Assembly (NCBI GenBank): GCA_026770705.1
Contig: JANJGN010000026.1
Coordinates: forward strand, 38,316,001 to 38,380,000
From: Isurus oxyrinchus
Taxonomy: Eukaryota
Direction: 5' to 3'
DNA: 64,000 bases
Part shown: piece by piece, positions 62,500-64,000 of the stretch
Layout of the letters: the number at the start of each line of letters is the position of its first letter
Numbering within the stretch: the first letter of the stretch is position 1
Program-made: the position numbers and the translations under genes
The notes under the pieces: model-generated
What the model was told of the DNA's origin: nothing
The model's input: only the letters and a program-made list of their open reading frames with translations
Databases searched by the model: none

Positions 62500-62866
62500 A
62501 TGCTGTGGATTTACAGAGTCTGTTTTCTCTTATCCATTCTGATCTCCACTGAAGTGACCGGTGAAGATGAGGTGACGAAGCTCCCAGTGTGAATTGTTGT
62601 CAGTGAAGCGGGAATCTTATCCATGAGCTGCACCATCATCAGTGGGATGAACGTGGTGCGTTGGTACAGGCAGCTCCCCAATCAGCCACCCCAACATCTT
62701 GTAGTGGCCACAAGAGGAACTGATCAACACGGGAGGATCTCTGCTTCAGTCGGGGGAGACAACAAACTCAGTATCCTGGCCATGAGGGATGCGCAAGTTA
62801 CAGACACTGCCACCTATCTAAGTGCCATGAGTGTAACAAAACAAACTGAGAGCTCGTACAGAAACC
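62500..62866 (+). pseudogene. Single-exon V pseudogene, paralog of the 37737 V
   Basis: MLWIYRVCFLLSILISTEVTG-EDEVTKLPV*(62590)..MSC..WYRQLPNQPPQHL..DTATYLS (second Cys lost). Heptamer partly deleted; nonamer ACAGAAACC 62858-62866. Upstream ~300 bp homologous to 37460-37736. Confidence 0.92.
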
Positions 62867-62942
62867 TACACAGAGTGGGGGCTCAGGTCTACGATGTTTC
62901 CATGATCGGCTTGTGAATTATGTGATGATAACAATACGAGGG

Positions 62943-62944
<2 letters not shown>

Positions 62945-63021
<77 letters not shown>

Positions 63022-63030
63022 TGTGTGTGT
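62945..63030. repeat. (GT)n microsatellite
   Basis: Visible directly. Confidence 0.97.
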
Positions 63031-63659
63031 CGGGGGTGCTGTGTTGGGTTCGGTGTTAAGGGCAAGAGCAAGGCAATGTAATATATAAAGGTTTAAACGT
63101 GATCAGAAATGCAGGGAGTTAGAAACATAGATGCTGAGAAAGGAAGCACAAACGCACAAGCCAGAATGAGTGAGAGGCAATGGTAAAGCGAATAGGTACA
63201 GGAATCATTGGTGAAAAGCTCATAACATGAGATAAATATGGAAAAATAAATGAAAGAAAGTGGAAAATAACGAACGTCATTCAAAGAGTTTAAAGATTAG
63301 ATGAAGTCATAAATGTAAAGAACCTCAAATAAAATAGAATTCATTTATATTTAACAACACTCATACTTCATTGTTAGTTCCAAAGCTAAATTTTCTGAAA
63401 ATGTTGCCTAAACACTGGTCATTGAATCGTGCCACATGGATACATTTCCACTTTTCTCTTTGTTCTGATGTTGAAAAGTTCTCATGGGTTCCGCTAGGAT
63501 AACGTGTGATCACACGTTACTCCCTGTTATCCACTGGACATTATAGGGGCAGAACTGGCAGTTACCCTACACAGGCAGCCCCAGGCACAGGTTTCCTTCG
63601 TTGTTATTCGTTTTGACCCTCATTGCTTGCTCTGTAGTAGTGGGTACATTTAATGGAAA

Positions 63660-64000
63660 GACAGTGGTATAATGGTTATGTTGTTGCACTAGTAATTGAG
63701 CGACTCGGTTGCATGGGTTTAAGTCCCTCCACACAGCATGTGGCAAATTTTAATTTAAAGAGCAAAACCTGGGAATGAAATCAAGTTTTTTAATAGTGAC
63801 CATGAAAGTAACATTGATTGGTGTACCGATGTCCTTTGGGGAAGAAAATCTGCCATCTCTTCCTGGCCTGATCTACATGAGAATCAAGACCCGCAGCAAT
63901 GTGTTTGGCTCATAACTCCCCTCCGAGACAGCCTCACCAACCCCTCAGCTCATGGGCAATTAGGGATCGGCAACAAATGGGTCTTGTCAGCGACGCCTAC
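63660..64000 (+). mobile_element. tRNA-derived shark SINE
   Basis: tRNA-like head, GATGTCCTTTGGGGAAGAAAATCTGCC core and GGGCAATTAGGGAT tail. Confidence 0.75.

Noticed and set aside
21738-62866. IgH, IgL or TAILV-type V identity
   Set aside because: No WVRQxPGKGLEW or typical VH FR3. Shark Ig genes occur as V-(D)-J-C clusters, unlike this multi-family V array. Motifs fit TCR alpha/delta better, but alpha versus delta cannot be resolved without phylogeny.
21500-63000. D, J or C segments, germline-joined VDJ, or a NAR-TCR cassette
   Set aside because: I found no FGxG/WGxG J motif with a 12-RSS and donor, no doubly RSS-flanked D and no C1-set exon. A manual search could miss short D segments.

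Overview
Vertebrate genomic DNA, almost certainly from a shark (elasmobranch-type Penelope, CR1 and SINE repeats), with two N gaps (9473-9600, 55680-55826). The first ~19.5 kb is mostly a 27/54-bp satellite, present in both orientations and interrupted by retroelements. From ~21.5 kb to ~63 kb lies part of a germline antigen-receptor V-segment array that resembles the T-cell receptor alpha/delta (TRA/TRD) V cluster. It holds about 17-18 V segments or remnants on both strands, several with 23-type recombination signal sequences (RSS). I found no D, J or C segments. Four V segments have open frames (24245+, 32414-, 37737+, 46477+); the rest are pseudogenes or fragments from duplication, inversion and deletion. 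Main observations: (i) an intact V family with leader and V in one intronless exon; (ii) a V whose CDR2/C'-C'' region is as short as in a VNAR; (iii) CTCF motifs fixed 22-26 bp behind the RSS of four Vs; (iv) a V gene split by a microhomology-mediated internal inversion; (v) fold-back Penelope elements with target-site duplications (TSDs) and minimal hammerhead ribozymes, including a U6 core variant; (vi) a LINE that may have been split by a 7-kb V cassette. All calls come from manual reading with no database searches, so family names are provisional.
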